Of a stretch of DNA of 64,000 nt, positions 1 to 10,311 are shown piece by piece. Each line of letters starts with the position of its first letter. Position 1 is the first letter of the stretch. Location of the stretch: positions 32,001 to 96,000 of the IMG/VR virus record IMGVR_UViG_3300037225_001188; one strand, given 5' to 3'. Position numbers and translations under genes: made by a program. This DNA comes from a virus. The notes under the pieces were generated by a model. The model ran no database searches. It was not told the origin of the DNA and saw only the letters and a program-made list of their open reading frames with translations.

Positions 1-1
1 G

Positions 2-415
2 CTTGAGGATGCTGTCGAGGAGTTGTTCGACGGGGACGGCCTGCTCTACGTCAGAACCGGCAGCAGCAACCAGGCAGAGATAGCCACCAAGTTCGGCCTG
101 ACCGTGAGGCCAGCCCCCGACTTCGTCATCTACGATGCGGGAGGCACCCTCCGGGCGATCCTGGAGTGCAAGGTTGCCAACGACGGCGGCACGGCGAGGG
201 ACAAGGCGGCTCGGTTCGCCGCCCTGCGCTCGGAGGCGTCTAGGCTCGGGGGCATCCCAGTATTCGCGGTGCTGGCCGGGCTCGGGTGGCGGAGGGCTGC
301 GGATGCCCTCGGGCCGGTCGTCAGGGACGCAGATGGCCGCGTGTTCACCATACAGACTCTCGGCGAGATGTTGGCTGTGCAACCGTTTCCGGCGCTTGTC
401 GCTGGCCGTCGGTAG
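2..415 (+). CDS. PD-(D/E)XK restriction endonuclease-like protein, C-terminal part (5' end outside window)
   Basis: Open frame from the window edge; PDF...ECKVANDGGTARDK resembles a type II REase catalytic motif. Confidence 0.65.
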   Translation, partial: LEDAVEELFDGDGLLYVRTGSSNQAEIATKFGLTVRPAPDFVIYDAGGTLRAILECKVANDGGTARDKAARFAALRSEASRLGGIPVFAVLAGLGWRRAADALGPVVRDADGRVFTIQTLGEMLAVQPFPALVAGRR

Positions 416-489
416 ATTCTGAGGCAGCCTCCAGAGTTTTGAGGCAGCCGACCGACTTTTGGGGCAAGCGGGGGTTCTAGGGCAAAGCC
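416..489 (-). mobile_element. Transposon terminus with four ~20-nt spaced TGCCYYARAA repeats
   Basis: Minus strand begins GGCTTTGCCCTAGAA, matching the terminus of the MITE at 5095-5180; abuts a 5'-truncated gene. Confidence 0.65.
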
Positions 490-496
490 CGACGAG

Positions 497-721
497 GTGC
501 TCCTGGCCGATGGGTTCGAGGAGGCGTTCGTCGGCATCGTCGGCCGCTGCGGGCAGCCGGTGGTCGCCATCTACGACCGCGTCGACTGCATCGGCGTCCT
601 CATGCGGCGCGACGGGATGACCGCCGACGAGGCTGAGGAGTTCTTCGAGTTCAACGTCTAGGGAGCTTGGGTGGGGCCCGGCACGCCCGGCTTCATCGTC
701 ACCAAAACCTCCCTCGTATAA
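497..721 (+). pseudogene. Conserved small phage protein, 5'-truncated, internal TAG at 659-661
   Basis: VLLADGFEEAFVGIVGRCGQPVVAIYD...EAEEFFEFNV*GAWVGPGTPGF; the family-like sequence continues past the stop. Confidence 0.7.
704..720 (+). promoter_or_regulatory. AAAA-N7-CGTAY promoter-like motif
   Basis: AAAAcctccctCGTATA 10 nt before ATG 731; eight copies in the window. Confidence 0.6.
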
Positions 722-730
722 CCCTCTGCG

Positions 731-1684
731 ATGCCAACCCTCTTCGTCGTCGACGGCCCGCACGCGCTGTTTCGCTCGTGCTACGCCCACGCCGAGCTGA
801 CGTACGAGCGGCGCGGAGAGCTGCACAAGTCGGGCGGCGTGTTCGGGTTCGTTCAGATGATCCGCTGCGCCCACCGCGACCTCGGCGGCGACGCCATCGT
901 GGTCGTCGCGTGGGAGGACCCGCGGCGCCACGAGCGCAGCGTCCGCCGGCTGCTCTACCCGGAGTACAAGCAGAAGCTCAAGCCAGAGGACGAGGTCGAC
1001 TTCGGGGTCGTCGAGCTGCGTCAGTTCGTGCGCGAGCAGCAGAAGCTCCTCTCTCCGGTCCTGACGAAGATCGGCATCCCGCAGGCGTTCGCCCCGGCGT
1101 GGGAGGCGGACGACGTGGCCGCCGTGCTGTGCCACGAGCTGGGCGAGCACGAGGTCATCCTCCTCAGCGGCGACAAGGACTGGTGGCAGCTGGTCAGCGA
1201 CCGCGTCACCGTCATGCGCCCGCTGAAGGAGGGCTACCAGCTCGTCACGCCGAAGGTCTGGGAGGAGGAGCACAAGGTCGCCGTCACGGCGTGGCCTCAG
1301 GTCTTGGCCCTGGCCGGGGACGACGCCGACAACATCCCCGGGGTCAGGAACATCGGCTTCAAGACGGCGGAGAAGCTGCTCGCCAAGCACGGCGGGCTCG
1401 AGGGCGTCATCGCCGCGGCCGCCGGCGGGAAGGTCGAGCGCTTCGGCCTGAAGAACTTCGACAAGCGCACCGGCGCCGAGTGCCCCGGCATCGCCGAGAT
1501 GCAGGACCAGCTGCGCCTCAACTTGAAGCTCACGACGCTCAACCGCAACGCCGACCTCATCTGGACGAAGCCGGAGCAGGATGAGGACGAGGTGGCGCGG
1601 AGGTTCCGCGAGATGAAGTTCGCCAGCTTCACCTCATACGCCGACCTGCAGAGCGTGATGAGCATGGGGGTGGCGTCGTGGTGA
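731..1684 (+). CDS. 5'-3' exonuclease / flap endonuclease (Pol I N-terminal, T4 RNase H-like)
   Basis: VVDG, YPEYK, EADD, SGDKD and GDDADNIPGVRNIGFKTA (H3TH) motifs. Confidence 0.93.
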   Translation: MPTLFVVDGPHALFRSCYAHAELTYERRGELHKSGGVFGFVQMIRCAHRDLGGDAIVVVAWEDPRRHERSVRRLLYPEYKQKLKPEDEVDFGVVELRQFVREQQKLLSPVLTKIGIPQAFAPAWEADDVAAVLCHELGEHEVILLSGDKDWWQLVSDRVTVMRPLKEGYQLVTPKVWEEEHKVAVTAWPQVLALAGDDADNIPGVRNIGFKTAEKLLAKHGGLEGVIAAAAGGKVERFGLKNFDKRTGAECPGIAEMQDQLRLNLKLTTLNRNADLIWTKPEQDEDEVARRFREMKFASFTSYADLQSVMSMGVASW

Positions 1685-1888
1685 AATACCCGAAGACCAT
1701 CATGTGTGCGATGACCGGGAAACGTGAGCCGGCCGAGTTCCACATCACCAAGCTCTGCCGGTTCTACGCCGGGCAGCCGTACAAGCCGTCGCTCGGGAAC
1801 GGCCCGTGCCACGACCTCTGCACGGTGCCGAAGCGGTTCGAGATCGTGCCGCTGGCTAAGAACGACGGCGAAGCGTAAGCTCGCCCAC

Positions 1889-2557
1889 ATGAGCACGACC
1901 GCCCGCACGATCGCGTCCGTCCTGGCCGGCGGCATGGTCTTGGCTGCCCCGGCGCAGGCGCAGGCGCCGAAGCATCTACACGTCGAACACCACCGCAGCG
2001 CGGCACCACCAGCTTCGCGTCCCGTGGTGGCGCGCGGGGAGCTGGATGAGGGGCTGGTCTACCGGCTCACGCAGCGTGGCAGGTACGACGGTGCAATCGC
2101 CGATGCCGCAAAGAGGTGGGGCGTGTCCCCATTCCTCCTGGCCGGGCTGCTCGAGCATGAGAGCGGTCGTACTCCGAAGGTCGAGAACCGAGCGTCAGGG
2201 GCGCGAGGGATAGCGCAGTTCGTCCCGTCCGGCGCCGCCGCGGTAGGGAACCTCCAGCGCCGCCGCGGGGCCAAGAGCCCGTTCAACTACCGCAAAGCGC
2301 TCGACCCAGTGGTCTCTATCCACGCGGCCGCCGAGCTGCTCGATTACCTCAACGACGTGTGCCGCGGGGTCGCGTTCGGGGTCGAGGTCATCCTGGCCGG
2401 GTATAACACCGGGAGCTGCCGCGCCAGGGTGTCGGGCTTCGTGCACGGGGTCATCAAGCAGGCCAACCGGCTACGGACGATGAGCGGGCTGCCGCCCATG
2501 CCGCCGCCGAGGTTCTGGTGGCGGCGCCGCACCCTGCAGCGTCAGCCAAACTCGTAG
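1889..2557 (+). CDS. Lytic transglycosylase (SLT domain) with signal-like N-terminus
   Basis: LAGLLEHES (catalytic E), SGARGIAQF, LAGYNTG motifs. Confidence 0.88.
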   Translation: MSTTARTIASVLAGGMVLAAPAQAQAPKHLHVEHHRSAAPPASRPVVARGELDEGLVYRLTQRGRYDGAIADAAKRWGVSPFLLAGLLEHESGRTPKVENRASGARGIAQFVPSGAAAVGNLQRRRGAKSPFNYRKALDPVVSIHAAAELLDYLNDVCRGVAFGVEVILAGYNTGSCRARVSGFVHGVIKQANRLRTMSGLPPMPPPRFWWRRRTLQRQPNS

Positions 2558-2602
2558 GGCTGCGGAGCCTCGTCGCGAGGCGACTCCGCGAGGAGGCAGA
2601 CG

Positions 2603-2920
2603 ATGGACGAGACCGAGCAGAAGAGCGTTGCGGGCGCTGGTGACTACGCCGCGGCCGAGGGCGAGATCTCCAGCTACCAGGTCGACGCCGACCAGGTGCA
2701 CACGCTGGACGCCTGCGACAAGCACATCGAGTTCCTGAAGGAGGAGGTGGTGAAGCGCAGCCGCCTCCTCGAGCGCACGCAGCAGGCGAAGAAGGACGTG
2801 ATGGCCGGGTGGCGCGACGTCCTCAAGGTGCAGAAAGAGAGCCTCACCGACAGCCACGAGCGCCTCGGCGCCATGGAGGACCGCAAGCGGGTCCTGGCGG
2901 CGGGCAGCAGCGAGTCGTAG
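2603..2920 (+). CDS. Hypothetical coiled-coil protein
   Basis: GGAGG RBS; typical codon usage. Confidence 0.6.
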   Translation: MDETEQKSVAGAGDYAAAEGEISSYQVDADQVHTLDACDKHIEFLKEEVVKRSRLLERTQQAKKDVMAGWRDVLKVQKESLTDSHERLGAMEDRKRVLAAGSSES

Positions 2921-3478
2921 CCGTGCGGCTCAGGCTCATCAAGAAGGACGAAGACGGCGACGAGGTCGTCGTCGAGACGCTTTGGATCAAGAGCGTCATC
3001 GGGTTCACTCCGAGCCAGTTGATCGTCGTCAAAGGGAAGACGTACTTCATCGCGGTCATCAAGAACCTGCTCAACGGCGAGGGCTTCGACGTCGACCTCA
3101 CGGTCATCGACGTGCCGCCTGCGGCTGCCGGGAGCTTGATCGCAGCCACGGTGGCGTGATGTCGATCTACAACCACATCAAGGTGGAGCGTTTCATCAAG
3201 CTGGCGGTCGAGGTCTACGACCGTTGCAGCCTGCTCCTCCTGGCGGCCAGGCTGGTGCAGGACGGGGACTCGGGGAGCATGCCGCCGACGAGTCTCAGAC
3301 CGACGAGCGGCGACTGGCCCGAGACGCTGCTGCTGAGGACGTGGATGACGGCAACCCCGTGGGAGCGCGCCAACATCCTGTACAAGTTGGCCCCGTTGGC
3401 GCATGCTGCGGCCGAGGCGCGGGCCACAGAGTGGGTCGCCAAGGCCCGGCGGCTGGACGACATCGAGGCAGGGTACCC

Positions 3479-4021
3479 ATGAGCGAAGAGAAGACTGGCA
3501 TCACGTACCAAGGCAAGGACGGCGAGGCGAAGGACGTGACCTTCGACGACCTGCGGCAGCTCGCTGTCGAGCAGCCGGTCCAGGAGGCCGTCGCGACGGA
3601 GGCGAAGAAGCGCCCGCCGCGCCCAGCGTTCGAGCGGCGCGAGCTGTTCGACGCGCTGATGCTGCAGAGCGACACGGTGCGCGTGCTCGCGGTCGGCAGC
3701 GACCTCGGCGTGGTCCTGCCGCCGGAGCTGAGTATCCCGAAGCTCGTCGCGATCCACTTCGGGAAGGGCGTGCCGAAGCCGCCGAAGGACGTCTCGTCAG
3801 ACGAGTGGGGGGTGCGAGCGACCGTGTTCTTCTCCAGCGGCGAGCACCTGGCGGCCATCCCGTGGGACGCCGTCGTCCAGGTCACCGACATGGACAAGAT
3901 GGTCTGGCAGGACTCGCGCCGCATGAACGAGTTCAGCGAGCGCGCCTCGAACGAGAAGCTGCCGCCGAAGCACACGAAGCGCGGCAAGGCAGCGCGGCGG
4001 CACCTGCACGCGGTGCACTAG
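3479..4021 (+). CDS. SspB-like ClpXP specificity adaptor (myxobacterial type)
   Basis: GVVLPPEL...DEWGVRATVFFS...IPWDAV pattern and basic C-terminal tail RRHLHAVH. Confidence 0.7.
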   Translation: MSEEKTGITYQGKDGEAKDVTFDDLRQLAVEQPVQEAVATEAKKRPPRPAFERRELFDALMLQSDTVRVLAVGSDLGVVLPPELSIPKLVAIHFGKGVPKPPKDVSSDEWGVRATVFFSSGEHLAAIPWDAVVQVTDMDKMVWQDSRRMNEFSERASNEKLPPKHTKRGKAARRHLHAVH

Positions 4022-5031
4022 CATGACGAGCCTCGAGCACGAGTTGCTGTCGTCGACGACGAAGGTCACCTTCGAGTGCGGCTGCTGGTTCGTCATCTCT
4101 GACGACGTCGTGGAGCGGGCGCCGCGCGATCTCGACTGCTCGTTCGAGGAGTTGTACACCCGCGTCGAGCAGGCCCACGAGCACGGCGCTGGCCCGCACC
4201 GGCTAGAGTGCATGTTCGAGCGCCGAGAAGCCGGCGCTCAGTGGAACCTCGTCGTGCGGGCGCATGTCGCGCCGGAGTTCGACCCACGGCATGCCGCCAT
4301 GCTCACCAAGCTCGATGCCGTCACGCACGGGCTGGCTCCTCGCGTCTGCGAGGCATGCCGTACAGCGATCCCGCGGGGGCAACCGATCACCGCGTGCATA
4401 GATGGGCGCGTCCTCTGTTCACAGTGCCGGAGGCGGAGGAGATGATGGATCCTGAGGCGGAGTTCGGGCTGCTCCTGCGCGAGGTCGGGTGGAGCCTCGT
4501 GATGTCGCAGAACGGGCAGTACTACTTCGCCAACGGGCGCCCGGAGACCATTTCGGCCTTCATCGTCATCGACAAGGTGGACGCCCCACTCGTGGTGCGT
4601 CGCGGCGACGAGCGGGTCACCATCTCTTCAGCCAGCTCGGCCAAGCTGCTCTTGATCGGCATGTTCCGCGCCTTCCTGCGCGTGGAGGCGGTCGGAGTCA
4701 TCCCGGACGTCAGGCCGTATTACGACGAGCAGCGGAAGCTCCTGCGCGAGATGATCGCCAGGCTGGGGTGACCGCCGGTGCTCACCAGCCTCGTGGCCTG
4801 CCTCATCATGGTCGCCATCTTGTGGTGGCTCCAGCGGCCGAGGTTCTGGTGAAGGTCGTCGACGTCAAGGTCGGCATCGAGGTCTGGGAGAAGGTCGGCG
4901 TCGATGTCGACGGGACGAACGTGTTCGACGTCCGCATGCCGGTGAGGGTGCGGCTCGCGGGCGCGATCGAGAAGGTCACGCTCCAGCTCGTTAAGATAGA
5001 GGACCTGCTGGAGGAGAACGGAGGAGCGTAG

Positions 5032-5405
5032 ATGCCGAAGCAGTGGTTTGCGTGCGTGGCTGAGGAGGTCTTCTGCGTCAGGGAGGCGGAGAGCAGCTTT
5101 GCCCTAGAAATGCCCTCTGCCTCAGAATTCTGGCGCCTGCCTCAAAATTCGCGCTTCCGCCGGCATTCTGAGGCAAAGCCACGGAGAGCCAGGAGGCAGC
5201 CCAGGCGTACGTCGATGGCTTCAGCGATGGCGGCGACCAGTACGGCGCCGGGTGCTGCTTCGGCGTCCTCCTGCCGCAGGGTTGGAAGGAGGGACTGTCG
5301 AGGCAGAATCGGAAGGACATCATCTCGGAGATCGAGCGGATTAAGCGCGACCCGGCCGAGGTCCTCGGTCTCGACTACACCGCCTTCGTGAAGGAGGGGG
5401 ACTAG
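5032..5405 (+). pseudogene. Small gene interrupted by a MITE
   Basis: Removing 5095-5180 plus one target copy restores MPKQWFACVAEEVFCVREAESQEAAQAYVDGF...KEGD*. Confidence 0.75.
5095..5180. mobile_element. 86-bp MITE with imperfect TIRs and 8-9 bp target duplication
   Basis: Ends AGCTTTGCCCTAGAAATGCC / GGCATTCTGAGGCAAAGCC; CGGAGAGC at 5087-5094 and 5182-5189. Confidence 0.8.
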
Positions 5406-5690
5406 ATGTCGAAGAAGCCTGATGTGCGCGGGTGGGGCTACTCCGACGACTGCGCCGGGTTCGCCCCGCTGAAGACCGACGACTCCGAGTACGATGTCGA
5501 CGGCAAGTGGTACTCGCTCTTCCAGGGCGAGGAGCGGATCGGTCGCATCCGCATGACGTACGAGGACGGCAACTGGGAGGTCCAGCTCGTCGGGACCAGC
5601 GGCAAGTTCTCGCTCAAGGACGACGTGCCAGTCAAGTTTCATGACGAGCGCGTCCAGGAGCGCATCAGGGAGCGCGAGGAGGACCGATGA
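5406..5690 (+). CDS. Hypothetical protein
   Basis: RBS; ATGA overlap with the next ORF. Confidence 0.6.
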   Translation: MSKKPDVRGWGYSDDCAGFAPLKTDDSEYDVDGKWYSLFQGEERIGRIRMTYEDGNWEVQLVGTSGKFSLKDDVPVKFHDERVQERIREREEDR

Positions 5691-5989
5691 GGAAGCGAGC
5701 TAGGTTCACCGTCACCATCTGCCCGCTCGGCGTGCCGACGAGGGAGCAGATGGAGATCGCACTCCGTGACGACGGCGCCTGGGTCGCCATGTGCCCAGCC
5801 ATCGGCAGCCGGTGGTTCCACAAGCTCGACGCGAAGACCATGCTCGCGGCCATGAAGGAGGCGCTCGCCGCTGTGGCTGCCGTCCACGAGGAGAAGGCCG
5901 CGAGCTTCAGCGCGGTCCTCGGCGAGCTGAGGTAGCCCCTCCTGGCAGAGGTGCGGCACCAGCTGGTCACCCAGCACTTGACATCTTGC

Positions 5990-6019
5990 TTGACTACTCG
6001 TTGTAACCAGCGCTATAGT
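5990..6019 (+). promoter_or_regulatory. Sigma70-like promoter
   Basis: TTGACT-N18-TATAGT. Confidence 0.5.
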
Positions 6020-6046
6020 GGCGGCATCGAACTGAGAAAAGATAAC

Positions 6047-6100
6047 GGCCCGCGTAGAGCCCAGGGCAAGCCGGCGACATCCTGGTGACTCACGCGGGCC
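6047..6100. terminator. Long hairpin at the convergence of the + and - gene blocks (terminator or small RNA)
   Basis: GGCCCGCGT...CCAGG...CCTGG...ACGCGGGCC. Confidence 0.5.
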
Positions 6101-7337
6101 GATCTTTGTCTACCGCGGCTCGCCGTTGACCACGACCAGCACGTTCCTCGGGCTGAACCGGCCGGGGCTCGCCAGGTCGAGCAGCCTCGCCACCATGATG
6201 AACGCCGTCGTCAGGAGGGCGATGCTGAGCCAGGCGAGCACCTCGATGACGACCGGCTCGCCGGAGCACAGGCGGCGCATCGAGGCCATGACGGCGAAGT
6301 CGGCGGCGAGCGTCGAGGCGTAGAGGAGCCGGAGGTACGTGCGCTTGCTCACGGCCGCGTCAGCTTCGGCGCCTCGTGCACCGTGATGCTGTTCTCGCTG
6401 CTCGAGTGCTGCCGGTGCGCTAGCGACTGGATGCTGCGGTGCTTGATGACCATTTCGGCCCCGAACTGCTCGCCCTCCACCCACGGGAAGATGAGGATGA
6501 CGGCGGTGTTCAGGTCAATGGTGGCCGGCATGGGATCGGTGCTTGCGTAGAACTTACAGCCGTCCTTGTCGAGCTTCCCCTGCAGGTCGATTCGGATCTG
6601 GTTCGGCATCAGCTACCACCTTTTTTCCTCTGCCCGTGCTCCTTGAGCCACTGCTCGACCACACACTTTGCGACTTCTTGCGACGTGAAGTGGCCGGGCC
6701 ATTCGTGGTGCTGGCCGCGGCACCAAGCCTCGGCGGCGAAGAGCCCGTGGATGCGCCACCACACGGCCCCTCCGGCGCCGACGTTGACGCCGCGGCCGTT
6801 CATCGCCTGCGAGCCGATGAGCAGGTCGGCACCGTCAGCCGTCCACCTACGCCGCGGCATCGGGGTCTTCGTAGCTGACGTCGAGACCGGCGGCGTCCAT
6901 AACGTGAGCCAGGGCCCTGGCGCGCTGCTCGTGCAGCTCCTTCATCGGCACTACTTTTTCCCCGGCCCACGTCCTGACTAAGTAGATCTCATCGTGCAGG
7001 AGCTGGCGCAGGACCTTGCACTCGTCGGGGGTGATGACGTTCCCGATGATGACGACGTCGCGATTGAGAAGGTCCTGGCTCACCGGCGTCTCGTTGACCA
7101 GGAACTCGAAGTCCTCGGTCTTTCGCGGCACCAGGCGGCCGCCGACGACCGCGCCGTCCCTGCGGACCACCAGCACGACCTCAGCGTACTCGCCGCACTC
7201 TAGGAATTTCGCCCGCTCCTCCTCACCCCAGCCGAGGCGAGAAGCCATGCTGCCCCACTCGTCGGGGTCCTTGATGTCGCCGAGGCGGACGGTGGCCGCG
7301 ACCTCGATGTCGGCCGGCATCTCGATCTGGTCCATGT

Positions 7338-8132
7338 TCACCCCTCCTCGTCGAGGAGCTTGCCCGAGTCGACCACCTTCGCCAGTGGCGGCACCAGCTT
7401 CGCCCGCCGCCCCCGCAGCCGCTCGACGTCGGCCTGGTACCGGCGGTATCGCCCGTCGCTCTTGGCGAGGTCGACGGCGCCCTGGTACTCCACCTCGGTC
7501 GTGCGGACCCGGTCGCGGGCCTCGTCGGCGTCGAGCTTCGCCAGCTCCTCGGTGAGGTGCTCGGCGCGCACGAGCAGGTCCTTGGCCTCGGCGCGCAGTT
7601 CGTGGATCCGCTCCTCGCAAGCCTCAGCCATGACGAGCAGCGAGTCGTGCTCCTCTTCCAAGGCGGCCTCGTCGACCAGAGTCTGCTCAACCTCGGCCTG
7701 CACCTTGGCGATGGCCTCGTCGCGCTCGACCTTGAGCTGCGAGATGACCTTGGTGCGCTCGTCGACGTAGCGCTGCTTCTGGGTGATGACCTCGTCGATG
7801 CGCTCCACCTGCAGCTCGAGCGCGCTCTTGCCGTTGGGTTTGGGCGGAGGGGAGAGGTAGCCTGGCTGGACGTGCTCCTTGCGCAGGAACTCGGCGAGCT
7901 GTGACAGGATGCAGGCGCACGGCTCCAGCTTCTCTTTGTCCTTCTTGTGCTTCGCCCCGGGCTGGTACGTCAGCATGAGGCCGGGCTCGTTGGTGAGGCA
8001 GCTCTTGCACCTGGGCCGCGGTAGCACGGCGTAGCGGCCGGCGGCGTCCCCCTTCTCGATCTTGATGGAGTGGTAGCCCTTGGGCGGGTCGAGGTCGTCT
8101 GGGATGCGGATGACGGGCGTGACGGTGGACAT
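7338..8132 (-). CDS. Hypothetical protein, CxxC...CxC plus long coiled coil
   Basis: ORF with RBS; heptad-rich C-terminus. Confidence 0.65.
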   Translation of the reverse strand: MSTVTPVIRIPDDLDPPKGYHSIKIEKGDAAGRYAVLPRPRCKSCLTNEPGLMLTYQPGAKHKKDKEKLEPCACILSQLAEFLRKEHVQPGYLSPPPKPNGKSALELQVERIDEVITQKQRYVDERTKVISQLKVERDEAIAKVQAEVEQTLVDEAALEEEHDSLLVMAEACEERIHELRAEAKDLLVRAEHLTEELAKLDADEARDRVRTTEVEYQGAVDLAKSDGRYRRYQADVERLRGRRAKLVPPLAKVVDSGKLLDEEG

Positions 8133-8156
8133 CAGCGTCTCCTCTTCTTTCCACGG

Positions 8157-8210
8157 GTCTCAGTGTCTCGGTGATTCTCCCGCCGAGCATGGTATTGGGT
8201 GAGCATGATG
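8157..8210. repeat. 54-bp perfect direct repeat, copy 1
   Basis: Identical to 9326-9379. Confidence 0.95.
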
Positions 8211-8501
8211 ACCGGGCCCCGGCGGGCGGCCCGGCGGGCGGCGATGGCGCGGTAGATGAAATTGAGTGGTGGGGCCCCTTCGATGGCCCAGATGATGACG
8301 AGCGGGGTCATGAAGACGGCGACGGCGACGAGGTCGAACTGGGTGACGGTCATCGTCCTTGGTCCCAGTCTTTCTGCGCTCGTCGCCGGGCGCGGATCCC
8401 CTTGGCGATGCAGGCGACGACCGGGGCCGCGTCGAGCAGGAGGACCCCGAAGAACCATGCGGCGGCCAGCGCGAGCACCGCCTCCCAGGGTGAGAGGCCG
8501 A

Positions 8502-9314
8502 TCATGCTGCCAGCCCGCGGAACTCTTCGGCGAGGTAGCCGCTGGGGCAGCGCAGGTCTATCCACCGGATGACGTAGTCGAGGACGCTCTTGCAGGTCTT
8601 GATCTCCGGCGGGGAGCCGCGGACGAAGCCACTCGGCTCGAACTGCTGGAGCTTGAACTTCTCGTGCAAGATCTTCAGCGACACTCCGTACTGCATGGAG
8701 ATGCTGATCGACGTCGCGAAGGCGTCGATGAACCCGCTGATGTAGCCGCCCATCTTCGCCGCCTTGATGAACACCTCGCCAACCTTCCAGTCTTCGTAGA
8801 ACCCGACGGTGACGTAAACGCTGACGCCGTCCTTGTCCTCGTCGCCGATCTCAAAATGGTGGGTCAGGCTCTTGCGCTCGTCCGGTAGCTTCCAGCGGCA
8901 TGGCTCGGTGCACGGTGACTTGGTGTTCTTGCGGTACCACTCCTTACGAGCTTGCTCCCAGCTACGGATGGCGCCGACGTGGACCGGGGCCGCCGGCTCG
9001 GTCATGGGGATGGTGCTCATCCCGAAGACGTCGCGCAGCGATTCCTGGGTGATGAACCCAAACGGCGCAGCCTTGGCCGTAGCCATGTCGCGCTCGCGCT
9101 GGATCTTCCCGACGATGGCCTCGACTTCCTTGTCGCCGACTTCTTGGTCGCACTGGCGGCAGCGCTTCTGGTCGCCGGCCACATAGCGGTGGACAGCGCT
9201 GTGGCGCTGGCACGGTTCGCCGCTGGCCTCGCGCCACTGCTGGGTCTTGCCCGGCTTGAGGCCGTCGTCTGGGTGCTGGTCGATCGCGGCTGGCTTCGGC
9301 TTCCTCTTGCGCAC
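8502..9314 (-). CDS. Stand-alone TSCPD-domain protein (class II ribonucleotide reductase C-terminal domain)
   Basis: LPDERKSLTHHFEIG...YVTVGFYEDWKVGEVFI...FEPSG...CKSVLDYVIR. Confidence 0.85.
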   Translation of the reverse strand: MRKRKPKPAAIDQHPDDGLKPGKTQQWREASGEPCQRHSAVHRYVAGDQKRCRQCDQEVGDKEVEAIVGKIQRERDMATAKAAPFGFITQESLRDVFGMSTIPMTEPAAPVHVGAIRSWEQARKEWYRKNTKSPCTEPCRWKLPDERKSLTHHFEIGDEDKDGVSVYVTVGFYEDWKVGEVFIKAAKMGGYISGFIDAFATSISISMQYGVSLKILHEKFKLQQFEPSGFVRGSPPEIKTCKSVLDYVIRWIDLRCPSGYLAEEFRGLAA

Positions 9315-9325
9315 GTGGTTCTCCT

Positions 9326-9379
9326 GTCTCAGTGTCTCGGTGATTCTCCCGCCGAGCATGGTATTGGGTGAGCATGATG
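9326..9379. repeat. 54-bp perfect direct repeat, copy 2; overlaps a minus-strand TTGACA-N17-CATGCT promoter
   Basis: Identical to 8157-8210. Confidence 0.95.
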
Positions 9380-9481
9380 TCAAAGCCCCACTACCGCATC
9401 TCCGCCGTCATGAGGTGTGGGTACCTGACTGGGCGTACGAGATTGGTTTTGGCGGTCAGGTGGTTGACGAGGCTTCTAGCC

Positions 9482-9772
9482 TCACGACTTCCACTTCGGC
9501 TCGCCGTGCTGCACCTCTGGCGAACGCAGCGGGAATTGCATGAGGGTGAGCGGGTCGACGCGCCGGAAGCTCTCGACCTCTCCCTTGGAGTTGCGCGTGA
9601 CCTCACAGAAGGCGTTGCCGAAGAGCAGCATGTCGCGCTCCATGAGGGCTCCGTCTCGCAGGAGGCGCTTGAGGCGAGCGTGGCGTACGAGGGCCCGCAC
9701 CATGAAAACAACAGCGACGAAGGTCGTGACCCCGACGACGACGTAGCCGAGCCAACCCCCGGCAAAGGTCAC
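9482..9772 (-). CDS. Small membrane protein with a portal-protein-like segment
   Basis: N-terminal TM helix; DMLLFGNAFCEVTRNSKGEV resembles an HK97-family portal motif. Confidence 0.45.
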   Translation of the reverse strand: MTFAGGWLGYVVVGVTTFVAVVFMVRALVRHARLKRLLRDGALMERDMLLFGNAFCEVTRNSKGEVESFRRVDPLTLMQFPLRSPEVQHGEPKWKS

Positions 9773-10311
9773 AGTGGCACCTCGACGTGTTTGTTCACGG
9801 CCGCCTCCGCGGCCGCTCGTCGCAGACGATGAGCGCGCTCATCGGGATGAGGGCGAGCTGCCCCGGGCGCAGCGGCCCGGCCGGCTCGCCGCGGTCGCTC
9901 CACGGAAGCTCGACGTCGACCTCGTCGCCGACCTTGCGGCCGGTTACCTTCACAGGGATGAAGGTCTCCAGGCTCCCGAACCTCGACTGCAGCCAGACCT
10001 GCGGCATCAGCCCCTCCTCGTCCACAGCTCGTGGAGGTCGCCGGCGATGTCGAGGCGTTCGCTCTTTTCCGGGTAGTAGTCCTCGCCGCGCGCCTCGTAG
10101 AAGGCGCGGTCGTCTTCGTGCGGCGCCGGGCAGAGGGTGAATGACGGGGTGGTGTACGCCTCGCCGTCGATCATGGAGAGCGCGGCGAAGATCGCCCCGC
10201 GGATCTTCTTGCGCTCCGTGTCCCACCGCGGCTCGGTCACGGCGTACTCGACGATGTCGTCGAGGCGCTCGAGGAACCGCTCCTGCACCTGCTCGCGCGT
10301 CAGCTTCTCGC

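Noticed and set aside
659-661. In-frame TAG as evidence of amber recoding
   Set aside because: TAG ends many clear genes here (415, 2557, 21386), and this gene is already decapitated by a transposon end, so decay is the simpler explanation.
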